From positions 1,188 through 65,187 of the forward strand of contig JAZNJX010000098.1 of NCBI GenBank assembly GCA_045578245.1: DNA of 64,000 bases, written 5' to 3'. Below are positions 1 through 9,499 of the stretch, in pieces. The notes under the pieces were generated by a model. It ran no database searches. It saw only the letters and a list, made by a program, of their open reading frames with translations, and had not been told where the DNA came from. Source of the DNA: Candidatus Fimenecus sp. GTDB lineage: Bacteria > Bacillota > Clostridia > Oscillospirales > Acutalibacteraceae. The stretch's first letter is position 1. Every line of letters begins with the position of its first letter. Both the position numbers and the translations under genes were made by a program.

Positions 1-1332
1 AATTTTTCTGGTTTCGCTTAAGAAACTTGCAAGATTAACTGCGTTGATTGCTCTCATTGCTGCAACAGCATTTCTTTCAATACAAGGAATTTGCACAAGG
101 CCACATATTGGGTCGCAAGTAAGTCCTAAATGGTGTTCGATTGCAATCTCAGCCGCATACTCAATCTTTCCTCTCTTAAGACCAAAAAGTTCACCTAACG
201 CAGCCGATGCCATAGCACAAGCAGTACCGATTTCAGCCTGACAACCACATTCTGCACCTGAGATGGATGCATTTGTTTTAATAAGATTACCAATAAGTCC
301 ACCTGTTGCAAGTGCTTGTAAAATCTGACGGTCAGTAAAGCCGTGTTTTAACTGCATATAATAAAGTACAGCAGGAACAACACCTGACGCACCACAGGTT
401 GGCGCAGTTACAATTTTGCCACCGGATGCATTTTGCTCACTTACAGCAAAGGCATAAGAGCAAACTTCTCTGTTTTCCCGGGTTTCGGCACTTTCACCGA
501 TATGTTCCATATTATAAAGATATTTTGCTTTTTTCTGAACATCAAGACCACCGGGGAGAACACCCTCGTCTTCAATACCTTTTTCAACAGCTGATTTCAT
601 GGTTTTCCACACATCAGCAAGGTAATCCCAGATGTATTCACCCTCAACCTCATTAACATATTGCCAGAGTCTGTATTTTTTCTCCTTACAGTATGCTTTA
701 ATGTCTTTAAATGTGCTTAATTTATAAACAATAGGTTCTTTCGCTGATGAACTGCCTTCAAACTCGATTCTGCCGCCACCAACGCTGAAAACACGAATAA
801 AGTCAACTTGTTCACCATTTTTGTATGCAAATAAATCCATTGTGTTAGGATGTTCAATATCTGTTTTTAGATAGTCGAATTCAACCTTGCAAGGAACAGG
901 TGCCAATGTGTTTTCTATAACGGAATCAGTACAGTGGCCTTTACCTGTTTTTGCAAGAGAACCGTAAAGAATCGCTTTGAATTCATCCGCATTAGGATTT
1001 TTTTCTTTAAAGAGAACACAAGCCTTTTCAGGACCCATTGTGTGTGAACTTGATGGACCTCTGCCTATTCTGTAAAGCTGATTTAAAGACTCCATTCCGT
1101 TAAGTGCTTCTCTTTCAGTTTTTGGCTGTTCAGCCTCGAAAAAAACGTCCATTGAAACTTCAAAGAGTTTTGCCATTTTATAAAATTCTTCGGCAGTAGG
1201 CACAGCTTCACCGTTTTCCCAAAGAATCACAGTTTGGGTGTCAGTATTAACACGGTCAGCAAGACCTGGCTGTGACATTCCACTCTTTTCACGGAGTTCA
1301 GTTATCTTTTTTGAATAAATATCCTTTATCAT
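1..1332 (-). CDS. sdaA: L-serine ammonia-lyase (Fe-S dependent, single chain) with N-terminal XRE-type HTH extension; C-terminus lies beyond the window
   Basis: Absent from the ORF track because there is no stop in the window. Hand translation from ATG 1332 gives MIKDIYSKKITELREKSGMSQPGLADRVNTDTQTVILWENGE (HTH). It continues with LYRIGRGPSSSHTMGP, GSLAKTGKGHCTD, VTAPTCGASGVVPAVL and SGAECGCQAEIGTACAMA, typical of L-serine dehydratases. ATGA overlap with the stop of the upstream gene. Confidence 0.85.
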   Translation of the reverse strand, partial: MIKDIYSKKITELREKSGMSQPGLADRVNTDTQTVILWENGEAVPTAEEFYKMAKLFEVSMDVFFEAEQPKTEREALNGMESLNQLYRIGRGPSSSHTMGPEKACVLFKEKNPNADEFKAILYGSLAKTGKGHCTDSVIENTLAPVPCKVEFDYLKTDIEHPNTMDLFAYKNGEQVDFIRVFSVGGGRIEFEGSSSAKEPIVYKLSTFKDIKAYCKEKKYRLWQYVNEVEGEYIWDYLADVWKTMKSAVEKGIEDEGVLPGGLDVQKKAKYLYNMEHIGESAETRENREVCSYAFAVSEQNASGGKIVTAPTCGASGVVPAVLYYMQLKHGFTDRQILQALATGGLIGNLIKTNASISGAECGCQAEIGTACAMASAALGELFGLKRGKIEYAAEIAIEHHLGLTCDPICGLVQIPCIERNAVAAMRAINAVNLASFLSETRKI

Positions 1333-1772
1333 ACTTTCACCTTCACTACAACTTTTCGACAAGTTTTTGGTTTGCTAACAGAGACACCAGGGCAATGCAA
1401 ATCATTTGGATAAAGCACCATAAAACTACCACTAAAAAGTGTCAATGGCTCTGTTTTGCATTCATAAAACCATACATCATTTTCAGGTTTTGCCTCGGTT
1501 TCAGTCTTTTCACAGGAAATAGGTGCAACACCTATGATTTCTTCACCATCAACCATAAATTGTATGTCAATATATTTCTTGTGTGCTTCAGAAACTGTCT
1601 TGTCCGGGTCGGTTTCATAAGCTTGTACCATATAGAAAATATTATCTCCGTCAAGTTCATATCTACCCAATTCTATTTGAGAAAAATCGGTTTTTGCAAG
1701 GAACTCAAGGGCTGTATAAACTCTGTCAAGACCTTCATAGTTTTTGATGTTTTCCAAAGTGTCGAAAATCAT
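1329..1772 (-). CDS. YhcH/YjgK/YiaL (DUF386) family protein
   Basis: ORF 1329..1790. Start chosen at MIFDTLENIKNY (ATG 1772), preceded by AAGGTG. Family-typical N-terminus and the LHCPG region. Confidence 0.65.
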   Translation of the reverse strand: MIFDTLENIKNYEGLDRVYTALEFLAKTDFSQIELGRYELDGDNIFYMVQAYETDPDKTVSEAHKKYIDIQFMVDGEEIIGVAPISCEKTETEAKPENDVWFYECKTEPLTLFSGSFMVLYPNDLHCPGVSVSKPKTCRKVVVKVKV

Positions 1773-1892
1773 AGTTTTCACCTTTTCCAAAAGTTGATTT
1801 TATAATGTCATTATATCATTACAATATGGCATTTTCAAGGGAAACAAGACAAAAAAGAAACCCCTATTTTCATAGGGGTAGTCACTGCTTTA

Positions 1893-3011
1893 TCAGATAT
1901 ATTTCTTTGTGATTTCCTGCATCTGGGTCCACTTGCGTTCCATATCTTTAACAAGTTCAAACTGTGTACGGCAACGGTCAAGGTTGTGCTCAGGATAACT
2001 AACTTGGAAATAAATATCACCATTAAGATAGTCAGTAAGGAATCGGATTCCACATTCGTAAGTCATCATTTTTGCACCCATAGGAAGCAATTCCTTCTCA
2101 AGGGTTGTCAAGGCGTCCTTTGCACTGCCAAGATAACCCTTAACATAAGCTTCATAAAGTGAAAGGCTAAGGCTTACCTTTGAAAGGTCTTTTTCATCCT
2201 CGGCTGCAGTGTTAGCACCAAAACGGATACTGTCACCAAAATCGTAAAGTGAAAGACCTGGCATAACAGTATCAAGGTCAATAATGCAGATACCCTTGTT
2301 AGTAATGTTATCAAAGAGAATATTGTTAAGTTTGGTGTCGTTATGGGTAACCCTCAATGGGAGTTTACCTTCGTCGATTAAATCAACAAGAACATGAGTT
2401 TCTTCTTCGTGGCTTAATGCAAATTCAACTTCGTCCTTTACAGTGTCCAGTCTTCCAGAACGGTTTTCTTTAATTGCTTTTTTAAGATTTTCGAAACGAG
2501 AAACTGTGTTGTGGAATTTCTCAATTGTTTCAAAAAGAGTTGAGCCATCAAAGTCAGAGAGGATTTTTTGAAATTCACCAAAAGCAACACCCGCATTACT
2601 GAAAACCTGTTCGTCATCAATGGAATTACAAGTATAAACATCCTCTATGTATTTATAAACTCTCCAACATTGATTTTTTTCGTCAATATAGAAGTATTTG
2701 CCATCTTTACAAGGAAGGAAATTGAGTGTTCCACGGTCAGCCCAAGGAATTTTCATTTCTTCGTTCTTTTTACGGATATGGCTTGTAACTGCAACAATGT
2801 TATCCATAAGACCCTGAGGATTTTTGAAAGCTTCAGTATTAATCATCTGGAGAACATATTTCGCAACCTCACCATTTTCTTCAAAAATTAAAGTAAATGT
2901 GCTGTTTACATGTCCGTTATTGATTTTTTCATATCCTGTAAATGTTCCATCAAGTGAAAACATACTACAGATTTTTTCTAAGTCAAAAGGAAAGTTTGAC
3001 AAAAGAAACAC
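1893..3011 (-). CDS. APH-family sugar kinase, N-acetylhexosamine 1-kinase (NahK)-like
   Basis: 372 aa. YEKINNGHVNSTF N-terminal motif, THNDTKLNNILF catalytic loop and IDLDT. Resembles Bifidobacterium NahK by recall. Confidence 0.55.
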   Translation of the reverse strand: MFLLSNFPFDLEKICSMFSLDGTFTGYEKINNGHVNSTFTLIFEENGEVAKYVLQMINTEAFKNPQGLMDNIVAVTSHIRKKNEEMKIPWADRGTLNFLPCKDGKYFYIDEKNQCWRVYKYIEDVYTCNSIDDEQVFSNAGVAFGEFQKILSDFDGSTLFETIEKFHNTVSRFENLKKAIKENRSGRLDTVKDEVEFALSHEEETHVLVDLIDEGKLPLRVTHNDTKLNNILFDNITNKGICIIDLDTVMPGLSLYDFGDSIRFGANTAAEDEKDLSKVSLSLSLYEAYVKGYLGSAKDALTTLEKELLPMGAKMMTYECGIRFLTDYLNGDIYFQVSYPEHNLDRCRTQFELVKDMERKWTQMQEITKKYI

Positions 3012-3145
3012 CCCATTATAACAAAATAATGCTGACTTTTTGTCAGCACAGGGAAAATAACCACACTAATTATACATCTTTTGTCAAATTAAGTCAATAT
3101 GCACTTTATAATAAGAAGATGGCTGTATTTTATTGAAAAAGACTC

Positions 3146-3174
3146 TTTACATAAAGGTTATTTTAATGTAAAAT
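3146..3174 (+). promoter_or_regulatory. candidate sigma-A promoter for pyrH operon
   Basis: TTTACA, 17-nt spacer, TAAAAT. A 7-bp hairpin (ggtaaac...gtttacc) follows before the RBS. Confidence 0.35.
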
Positions 3175-3225
3175 ATACTAAATATGGTAAACGGAAAATA
3201 GTGTTTACCGTGGAGGTGTTTTATT

Positions 3226-3939
3226 ATGGAACCAAAGTATAAAAGAGTGCTTTTAAAAGTTAGTGGTGAAGTTCTTGCTGGGGACAAGAAACACGGCTTT
3301 GATTTTGACACAGTAAACAGCGTTTGTTCTGCAGTAAAAGAAATGGCAGATATGGGTGCTGAAATTGCTATCGTTGTTGGTGGTGGTAACTTCTGGAGAG
3401 GACGTAGCAGTGGTGATATGGACAGAACAAGAGCTGACCATATCGGTATGCTTGCAACTGTAATGAACTCATTAGCACTTGCTGATTCACTTGAACAGTT
3501 AGGTGTTATTGTAAGAGTTCAGACTGCTATTGAAATGAATAAAATTGCTGAGCCATACATCAGCCATCGTGCAAAGCGTCATCTTGAAAAGGGCAGAGTT
3601 GTTATCTTCGGTTGTGGAACTGGTAACCCATTCTTCTCAACTGATACAGCAGCGGCTCTTCGTGCAGCAGAAATCGATGCTGACATTATTTTCAAGGCAA
3701 CAAATGTTGACGGCGTTTACGATAAAGACCCTAACCGTTTTGATGATGCAATCAAGTACGATGTAATCACACATCAGGATATTTTGAGCAAAGGCCTTGC
3801 AGTTATGGATAGTACAGCTGCTTCTCTTTGCCGTGATAATAAAATTCCACTTCTTGTTTTCAATCTTCAGCAGCCTGAAAATATGATTAAGGCTCTTAAG
3901 GGTGAAACAGTTGGTACACTCGTTGTAGACGAAAAATAA
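3226..3939 (+). CDS. pyrH: UMP kinase
   Basis: 237 aa. [10 protein letters not shown] and [10 protein letters not shown] motifs; conserved pyrH-frr synteny. Confidence 0.95.
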   Translation: MEPKYKRVLLKVSGEVLAGDKKHGFDFDTVNSVCSAVKEMADMGAEIAIVVGGGNFWRGRSSGDMDRTRADHIGMLATVMNSLALADSLEQLGVIVRVQTAIEMNKIAEPYISHRAKRHLEKGRVVIFGCGTGNPFFSTDTAAALRAAEIDADIIFKATNVDGVYDKDPNRFDDAIKYDVITHQDILSKGLAVMDSTAASLCRDNKIPLLVFNLQQPENMIKALKGETVGTLVVDEK

Positions 3940-3957
3940 TCTTTAAGGAGAGTTACT

Positions 3958-4512
3958 ATGAATACAGTTTTTGACGCAATGAAAGAAAAAATGAACAAGA
4001 CTATTATGGCTCTTGAAAAAGAGTTTGCAGGTATGAAAGCAGGTCGTGCTACTCCTGCAGTTCTTGATAAAATTTCAGTTGATTATTACGGTGTTCCAAC
4101 ACCAATTCAGCAAATGGCTGCTGTTTCAGTAAGTGAAGGACGTAATCTTATTATTCAGCCTTGGGACGTTTCAACAATCAATCCGATTTCAAAGGCTATT
4201 CAGGCTTCTGACCTTGGCATTACTCCAATGAATGATGGTAAGGTTATTCGTCTTACATTCCCACCTCTTACAGAGGAACGCAGAAAGATGCTTTGTAAGG
4301 ATGTAAGCAAAACTGCTGAAGAATCAAAGGTTGCAATCCGTTCAATCCGCCGTGATGCAATTGATAAGATTAAAGCAATGAAGAAAAACAGCGAAATTAC
4401 TGAAGATGACCAGAAGAATGCAGAAACAAAAATTCAGAAAATTACTGATGAATTTATAAAAGAAATCGACAGTATCGCTGATAAGAAAGAAAAAGAAATT
4501 ATGGAGATATAA
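3958..4512 (+). CDS. frr: ribosome recycling factor
   Basis: 184 aa, typical RRF sequence (VDYYG.PTP, IRRDA); follows pyrH. Confidence 0.95.
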   Translation: MNTVFDAMKEKMNKTIMALEKEFAGMKAGRATPAVLDKISVDYYGVPTPIQQMAAVSVSEGRNLIIQPWDVSTINPISKAIQASDLGITPMNDGKVIRLTFPPLTEERRKMLCKDVSKTAEESKVAIRSIRRDAIDKIKAMKKNSEITEDDQKNAETKIQKITDEFIKEIDSIADKKEKEIMEI

Positions 4513-4563
4513 ACAAATCTAAGGGCGGTGTAATACCGCCTTGATTTGCTTATTTTTGAAATT

Positions 4564-5298
4564 ATGGATAAGAAAAACATTCCACAATTCTCTGTTTTAC
4601 CAAAGCATATCGGTATAATTATGGACGGTAATGGCAGATGGGCAAAGCAGAGAAATTTACCAAGATATAAGGGCCATATTGAGGGTGCGAAAACATTTCG
4701 TAGAATAGGCGAGTTTGCAGCTGATGTTGGTGTTAAATGCCTTACTTTCTATGCTTTTTCAACCGAAAACTGGAAAAGACCTCAAGAAGAGGTTGATGCT
4801 ATTATGCAACTCTTCCGTGAATATCTTATTGAAGCAGACGAAAGAACTGAAGAGAATAAGGAAAAAGGTATAACCTTAAGATTTATTGGTGACCGAACAG
4901 GAATTCCTGAGGATATTCAGGCTTTAATGGAGCATATTGAAAATGTAAGTAAATATGAAACTAAAGTTGTCTTGAATCTTGCGGTGAATTATGGTGGTCG
5001 TCACGAAATCACACAGGGTGTACAAGCTATTGCTCAAAAAGTAGCAAGTGGTGAGATTTCTCCTAGTGACATAACAGAAGAAATGATTTCACAAAGTCTT
5101 TATACAAAAAATATTCCTGACCCTGATTTGATTATCAGACCAAGCGGCGAATACAGGTTGTCCAATTTCTTAACATGGCAGTCAGCATATTCAGAATTCT
5201 GGTTTTCAAATGTATTGTGGCCGGATTTCACAGAGGAACACTTTTGTGAAGCATTGAGGGAATTTGAAAAACGCAACAGAAGATTTGGTGGAGTTTGA
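4564..5298 (+). CDS. uppS: isoprenyl transferase (undecaprenyl diphosphate synthase)
   Basis: IIMDGNGRWA and RFGG motifs. ATG 4564 preferred over the upstream TTG 4546. A weak hairpin (4521-4545) follows frr. Confidence 0.9.
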   Translation: MDKKNIPQFSVLPKHIGIIMDGNGRWAKQRNLPRYKGHIEGAKTFRRIGEFAADVGVKCLTFYAFSTENWKRPQEEVDAIMQLFREYLIEADERTEENKEKGITLRFIGDRTGIPEDIQALMEHIENVSKYETKVVLNLAVNYGGRHEITQGVQAIAQKVASGEISPSDITEEMISQSLYTKNIPDPDLIIRPSGEYRLSNFLTWQSAYSEFWFSNVLWPDFTEEHFCEALREFEKRNRRFGGV

Positions 5299-5332
5299 GG
5301 AAATATCAAATCAATTTGAAAGAGGATACTTT

Positions 5333-6202
5333 ATGGCAAAAAGAATAGTATTTGGCCTTTTATGGACAGCGATAGGAATTTCAGCTCTTGTGTTTATGCA
5401 CACGTGGTTTTTCCTTGTTTTTGCAATGTTTTTGTGCTTTATGGCTACCTATGAACTCAATCGTTCAATAGGTCTTAAAAACAAACCAATAATGATTTTG
5501 AGTCTTGTTGTTTCAACGATTTTCCCAATTTACTATGAGTATGGGCATTTGCTGGGACAATTTGAAGTGTTTAATTTGAAAGCAGAATATCTTATAACGG
5601 CATATGTTTTAGCACTCTGCTTCTTTATGCTTCATAATCACGAAAACACAAAATTCTCCGATGTCTCCTTTGTGGTTATGTCATCACTCTTCATGCCATT
5701 CTCATTTACAAGACTTATGTATTTCAGAGATATTGCGTTGCACCATCCAGGTAAGGGATATACAAATGCACACGGAATATTCTTGATTCTCTTCATCCTT
5801 TTCTCTGCTTGTATGACGGATACTTTCGCATACTTTGTGGGTAGTTTCCTTGGAAAACATAAGCTATGTCCGAAAATCAGTCCTAAAAAGACTGTTGAAG
5901 GTGCTATCGGTGGTGTGCTTGGTTGTGTTCTTGCAAATGTAATTCTTTATGCAGTTTATGATAATTTTATTTTTGCGACACCAATACACAACTATATTCC
6001 GATTGTTATTGCATCTGTCATAACTTCCATTGTGGGTATGTGTGGCGACCTTACAGCATCGCTTATTAAACGCAATTATGGAATAAAGGATTTTGGAAAC
6101 CTTATCCCCGGTCACGGTGGAATTATGGACCGATTTGACAGCATTATGTTTGTTTCAGCTGCTTTCTATGCAGTATTTAACATCTTTGAGGTGTCGATAT
6201 AA
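5333..6202 (+). CDS. cdsA: phosphatidate cytidylyltransferase
   Basis: Polytopic membrane protein with the GHGGIMDRFDS signature. ATG 5333 preceded by AGAGGA. Confidence 0.9.
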   Translation: MAKRIVFGLLWTAIGISALVFMHTWFFLVFAMFLCFMATYELNRSIGLKNKPIMILSLVVSTIFPIYYEYGHLLGQFEVFNLKAEYLITAYVLALCFFMLHNHENTKFSDVSFVVMSSLFMPFSFTRLMYFRDIALHHPGKGYTNAHGIFLILFILFSACMTDTFAYFVGSFLGKHKLCPKISPKKTVEGAIGGVLGCVLANVILYAVYDNFIFATPIHNYIPIVIASVITSIVGMCGDLTASLIKRNYGIKDFGNLIPGHGGIMDRFDSIMFVSAAFYAVFNIFEVSI

Positions 6203-7353
6203 TGACAAAAAATTTAAGTATATTAGGCTCAACCGGTTCAATCGGTACGCAGAGCCTTGAAACAGCAAGAAAGTGCGGTTACTCTGTCTCCGCGCTTTCG
6301 GCATATTCTAATGTAGGTTTAATTGAAGAACAAATTCGTGAGTTTAAGCCACAGGTTGCTGCTTTGGTTGACGAAAATGCTGCAAAAGAGCTTAAAAATC
6401 GTGTCGCTGATATAGATGTGAAAGTCCTTTCAGGTATTGAGGGCGTCTGCGAATGTGCAATGGTGGAAAGTGCGGATACTGTTATCAACTCAGTTGTTGG
6501 TATGGCAGGACTTAAACCTACTCTTTCTGCTATTGAAGCAGATAAAAAGATTGCCCTTGCTAATAAGGAAACTCTCGTTGCAGGTGGTTTGCTTGTTACA
6601 ACCAATGCAAAGGCAAAGGGTGTGGATATTCTTCCTGTTGACTCTGAACATTCAGCGATTTTCCAGTGCTTACAGGGTCAGCCTACTAACAAGGCATTAA
6701 AGAGAATTATCCTTACTGCAAGTGGTGGACCGTTCTTCGGCAAAACAAAGGAAGAACTCGAGAAGGTTACAGTTGCAGATGCACTTAAGCATCCAAACTG
6801 GAGTATGGGACAAAAAATAACCATTGACTCTGCTACAATGATGAATAAAGGTCTTGAACTTATAGAGGCTGTTTGGCTCTTTGATGTTCACCCATCAAAA
6901 ATCGAGATTGTGGTACACAGAGAGAGTATAATTCATTCTGCCGTTGAGTATGATGATAATGCAGTGATTGCGCAGATGGGACTTCCTGATATGAAAATCC
7001 CTATTCAGTATGCTCTCACATATCCAGAAAGAATTGAATCTCTTACAGGCGAATTGGATTTAACAAAATTAGGAACTCTTACATTCTATAAGCCCGATTA
7101 TGAAACATTCAGATGTATGGATATTTGCCGTGAGGCAATCACTCGCGGTGGACTTTATCCTGCATTTGCAAATTCTGCAAACGAACAGGCTAATCTTATG
7201 TTCAGAAAAGGTGAAATCGGATTTTTACAGATTGCAGAGTTGGTAGAAAAAGTTATGAACGAAGCACCAAAGGTGGATACATACACGGTGGATGATGTTT
7301 ATAACGCAGATATTGAAGCAAGAAACTTAGTAATCAAGTATTCAGGAAAGTAG
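6202..7353 (+). CDS. dxr: 1-deoxy-D-xylulose 5-phosphate reductoisomerase
   Basis: 383 aa. GSTGSIG NADPH motif and LANKE; start overlaps the cdsA stop. Confidence 0.95.
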   Translation: MTKNLSILGSTGSIGTQSLETARKCGYSVSALSAYSNVGLIEEQIREFKPQVAALVDENAAKELKNRVADIDVKVLSGIEGVCECAMVESADTVINSVVGMAGLKPTLSAIEADKKIALANKETLVAGGLLVTTNAKAKGVDILPVDSEHSAIFQCLQGQPTNKALKRIILTASGGPFFGKTKEELEKVTVADALKHPNWSMGQKITIDSATMMNKGLELIEAVWLFDVHPSKIEIVVHRESIIHSAVEYDDNAVIAQMGLPDMKIPIQYALTYPERIESLTGELDLTKLGTLTFYKPDYETFRCMDICREAITRGGLYPAFANSANEQANLMFRKGEIGFLQIAELVEKVMNEAPKVDTYTVDDVYNADIEARNLVIKYSGK

Positions 7354-7360
7354 TGATTTT

Positions 7361-8419
7361 TTGGAAATCTGGTCAAAGGTATGGCCATTTTTAGTGGCAA
7401 TATTATTCTTTGGACTTTTAATATCAATACATGAGTTGGGTCATTTTACCTTTGCTAAACTTTTCAAGGTCAAGGTCAATGAGTTTGCCCTTGGAATGGG
7501 ACCTGCAATCTTCAAAAAGAAAAAGGGTGACACAACCTATGCTCTCCGTCTTTTGCCCATTGGTGGCTATGTGAGTATGGAGGGTGAGGATGAAGAAAGC
7601 ACCGACGAAAATGCCTTTAACAAGAAAAAAGTGTGGCAGAAATTTATTATAGTTGCTGCAGGTGCCATTATGAACTTGATTTTAGGTGTTGTAATTGTAG
7701 GCACAATTCTTACAATGGATGATTTGATTGCAACAAATAAGGTGCTTTATTTCAATGATGGTGCAATCAGCCAACAAACAGGACTTAAAGAAAATGACGA
7801 GATTCTTTCTATTGACGGAAAAAAAGTGTTGTCAGGTATAGATGTCTCTTTCCTTATGACAAGAAGTGATGACGGCATTTTCGATATGACAGTCCGTCGT
7901 GATGGTGAAAAAGTAGAACTTAAAGATGTAACATTCAAGACTACAAAAGAGGGAAAATACACTCACATTGAATATGACTTTGTAATTCTTGGTGTAAAGC
8001 CAACAGTTTTAAATGTTATAACAAATTCCTTTAAGCAAACAGCATCAATGGCAAGACTTGTGTGGTTGAGTCTGTTTGACTTGGTGACAGGTCAGTATGG
8101 ATTAACCGACTTGTCTGGACCAGTGGGTACGGTGAATATAATCGCTGATGTAGCGTCAAGTGCTGTTCAGAGTAAAGAGGGACTTATAGCGACACTTAAT
8201 ATAATGGCTTTTATCACAATCAACATTGGTATTTTCAATCTTATGCCATTACCTGCTCTTGATGGTGGACGACTTTTCTTCTTAGTGATTGAGGGAATTC
8301 GCAGAAAGCCTATAAAGCCAAAATATGAGGGCTTTATACATGGCGCAGGACTTGCACTTTTATTGCTTTTAATGTTAGTTGTAACTTTTAATGATATTGT
8401 AAATTTAATCAAGAATTAA
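7361..8419 (+). CDS. rseP: RIP metalloprotease RseP (M50 site-2 protease with PDZ)
   Basis: HELGH in the first TM and LPALDGG near the C-terminus. TTG start as given in the track. Confidence 0.9.
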   Translation: MEIWSKVWPFLVAILFFGLLISIHELGHFTFAKLFKVKVNEFALGMGPAIFKKKKGDTTYALRLLPIGGYVSMEGEDEESTDENAFNKKKVWQKFIIVAAGAIMNLILGVVIVGTILTMDDLIATNKVLYFNDGAISQQTGLKENDEILSIDGKKVLSGIDVSFLMTRSDDGIFDMTVRRDGEKVELKDVTFKTTKEGKYTHIEYDFVILGVKPTVLNVITNSFKQTASMARLVWLSLFDLVTGQYGLTDLSGPVGTVNIIADVASSAVQSKEGLIATLNIMAFITINIGIFNLMPLPALDGGRLFFLVIEGIRRKPIKPKYEGFIHGAGLALLLLLMLVVTFNDIVNLIKN

Positions 8420-8433
8420 AGATGGTGTGATTT

Positions 8434-9486
8434 ATGATAGAACGTAGAAAAAGCCGTGTTGTAACGGCGGGAAATGTAAGAATTGGTGGAGATAATCCTA
8501 TCTCTGTTCAGTCAATGCTCAATGTTATTGCAGAAGATGCTGAGGGAAATGTAAGACAAGCTGTTGAACTTGAAAAAGCAGGTTGTCAGATTATCCGTCT
8601 TACTGTGCCAAATAAAGAGGCAGTTAACACTCTTTATGCAGTAAAAAATGCAGTTAAAATTCCTGTTGTTGCAGATATTCATTTTGACTATCGTTGTGCT
8701 TTGGAAAGTGTTGCTGCCGGAGTGGATAAAATCAGAATCAACCCAGGTAATATCGGTGATGATGAAAAAGTACGTGCTGTTGCAAATGCATGCAGACTTC
8801 ATAATGTGCCAATCCGTATTGGTGTAAACTCAGGTTCGCTTGAAAAGAACTTGCTTGCAAAATATGGTTCACCAACACCTGAAGCTATGGCAGAGAGTGC
8901 TATGTATCATATTTCGCTTCTTGAAAAATTCGACTTTAATGACATTGTGGTTTCAATTAAGTCGTCAGATGTGCAGAAAATGGTTAAAGCATACCGTCTT
9001 GTTGCTGATATGTGTGATTATCCGTTGCATTTGGGAGTTACTGAAGCTGGTACACACAATATGGCTCTTGTAAAATCAAGCATCGGTATTGGCTCACTTC
9101 TTCTTGACGGTATTGGTGATACAATCCGTGTTTCAATGACAGCTGACCCTGTAACAGAGGTTAAGGCAGGATATGATATTTTAAAAGCAGCAGGAATTAA
9201 GACTGACTGTGCACAGATTGTGTCCTGTCCAACTTGTGGACGAACAAAAATCGACCTTATAGGTCTTGCTGATAAAGTAGAAAAAGCACTTGTAAATTAT
9301 GACAAACCAATTAAGGTTGCAGTAATGGGTTGTGTTGTTAATGGACCTGGCGAAGCAAAAGAAGCTGACATCGGTGTTGCAGGTGGCGACGGTTGTGGTG
9401 TTATTTTTAAACACGGAGAGGTGCTTAAGAAAGTACCTGAAGAAGAAATTGTAACTGAACTTTTAAAAGAAATAGAAAAAATATAA
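8434..9486 (+). CDS. ispG: 4-hydroxy-3-methylbut-2-en-1-yl diphosphate synthase
   Basis: 350 aa, typical IspG/GcpE (VSCPTCGR, MGCVVNGPGE). Confidence 0.95.
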   Translation: MIERRKSRVVTAGNVRIGGDNPISVQSMLNVIAEDAEGNVRQAVELEKAGCQIIRLTVPNKEAVNTLYAVKNAVKIPVVADIHFDYRCALESVAAGVDKIRINPGNIGDDEKVRAVANACRLHNVPIRIGVNSGSLEKNLLAKYGSPTPEAMAESAMYHISLLEKFDFNDIVVSIKSSDVQKMVKAYRLVADMCDYPLHLGVTEAGTHNMALVKSSIGIGSLLLDGIGDTIRVSMTADPVTEVKAGYDILKAAGIKTDCAQIVSCPTCGRTKIDLIGLADKVEKALVNYDKPIKVAVMGCVVNGPGEAKEADIGVAGGDGCGVIFKHGEVLKKVPEEEIVTELLKEIEKI

Positions 9487-9499
9487 CGGTGAATTACAT

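Noticed and set aside
1272-1805. 177-aa plus-strand ORF
   Set aside because: It is antisense to the YhcH-family gene and to the start of sdaA, both of which have recognisable products.
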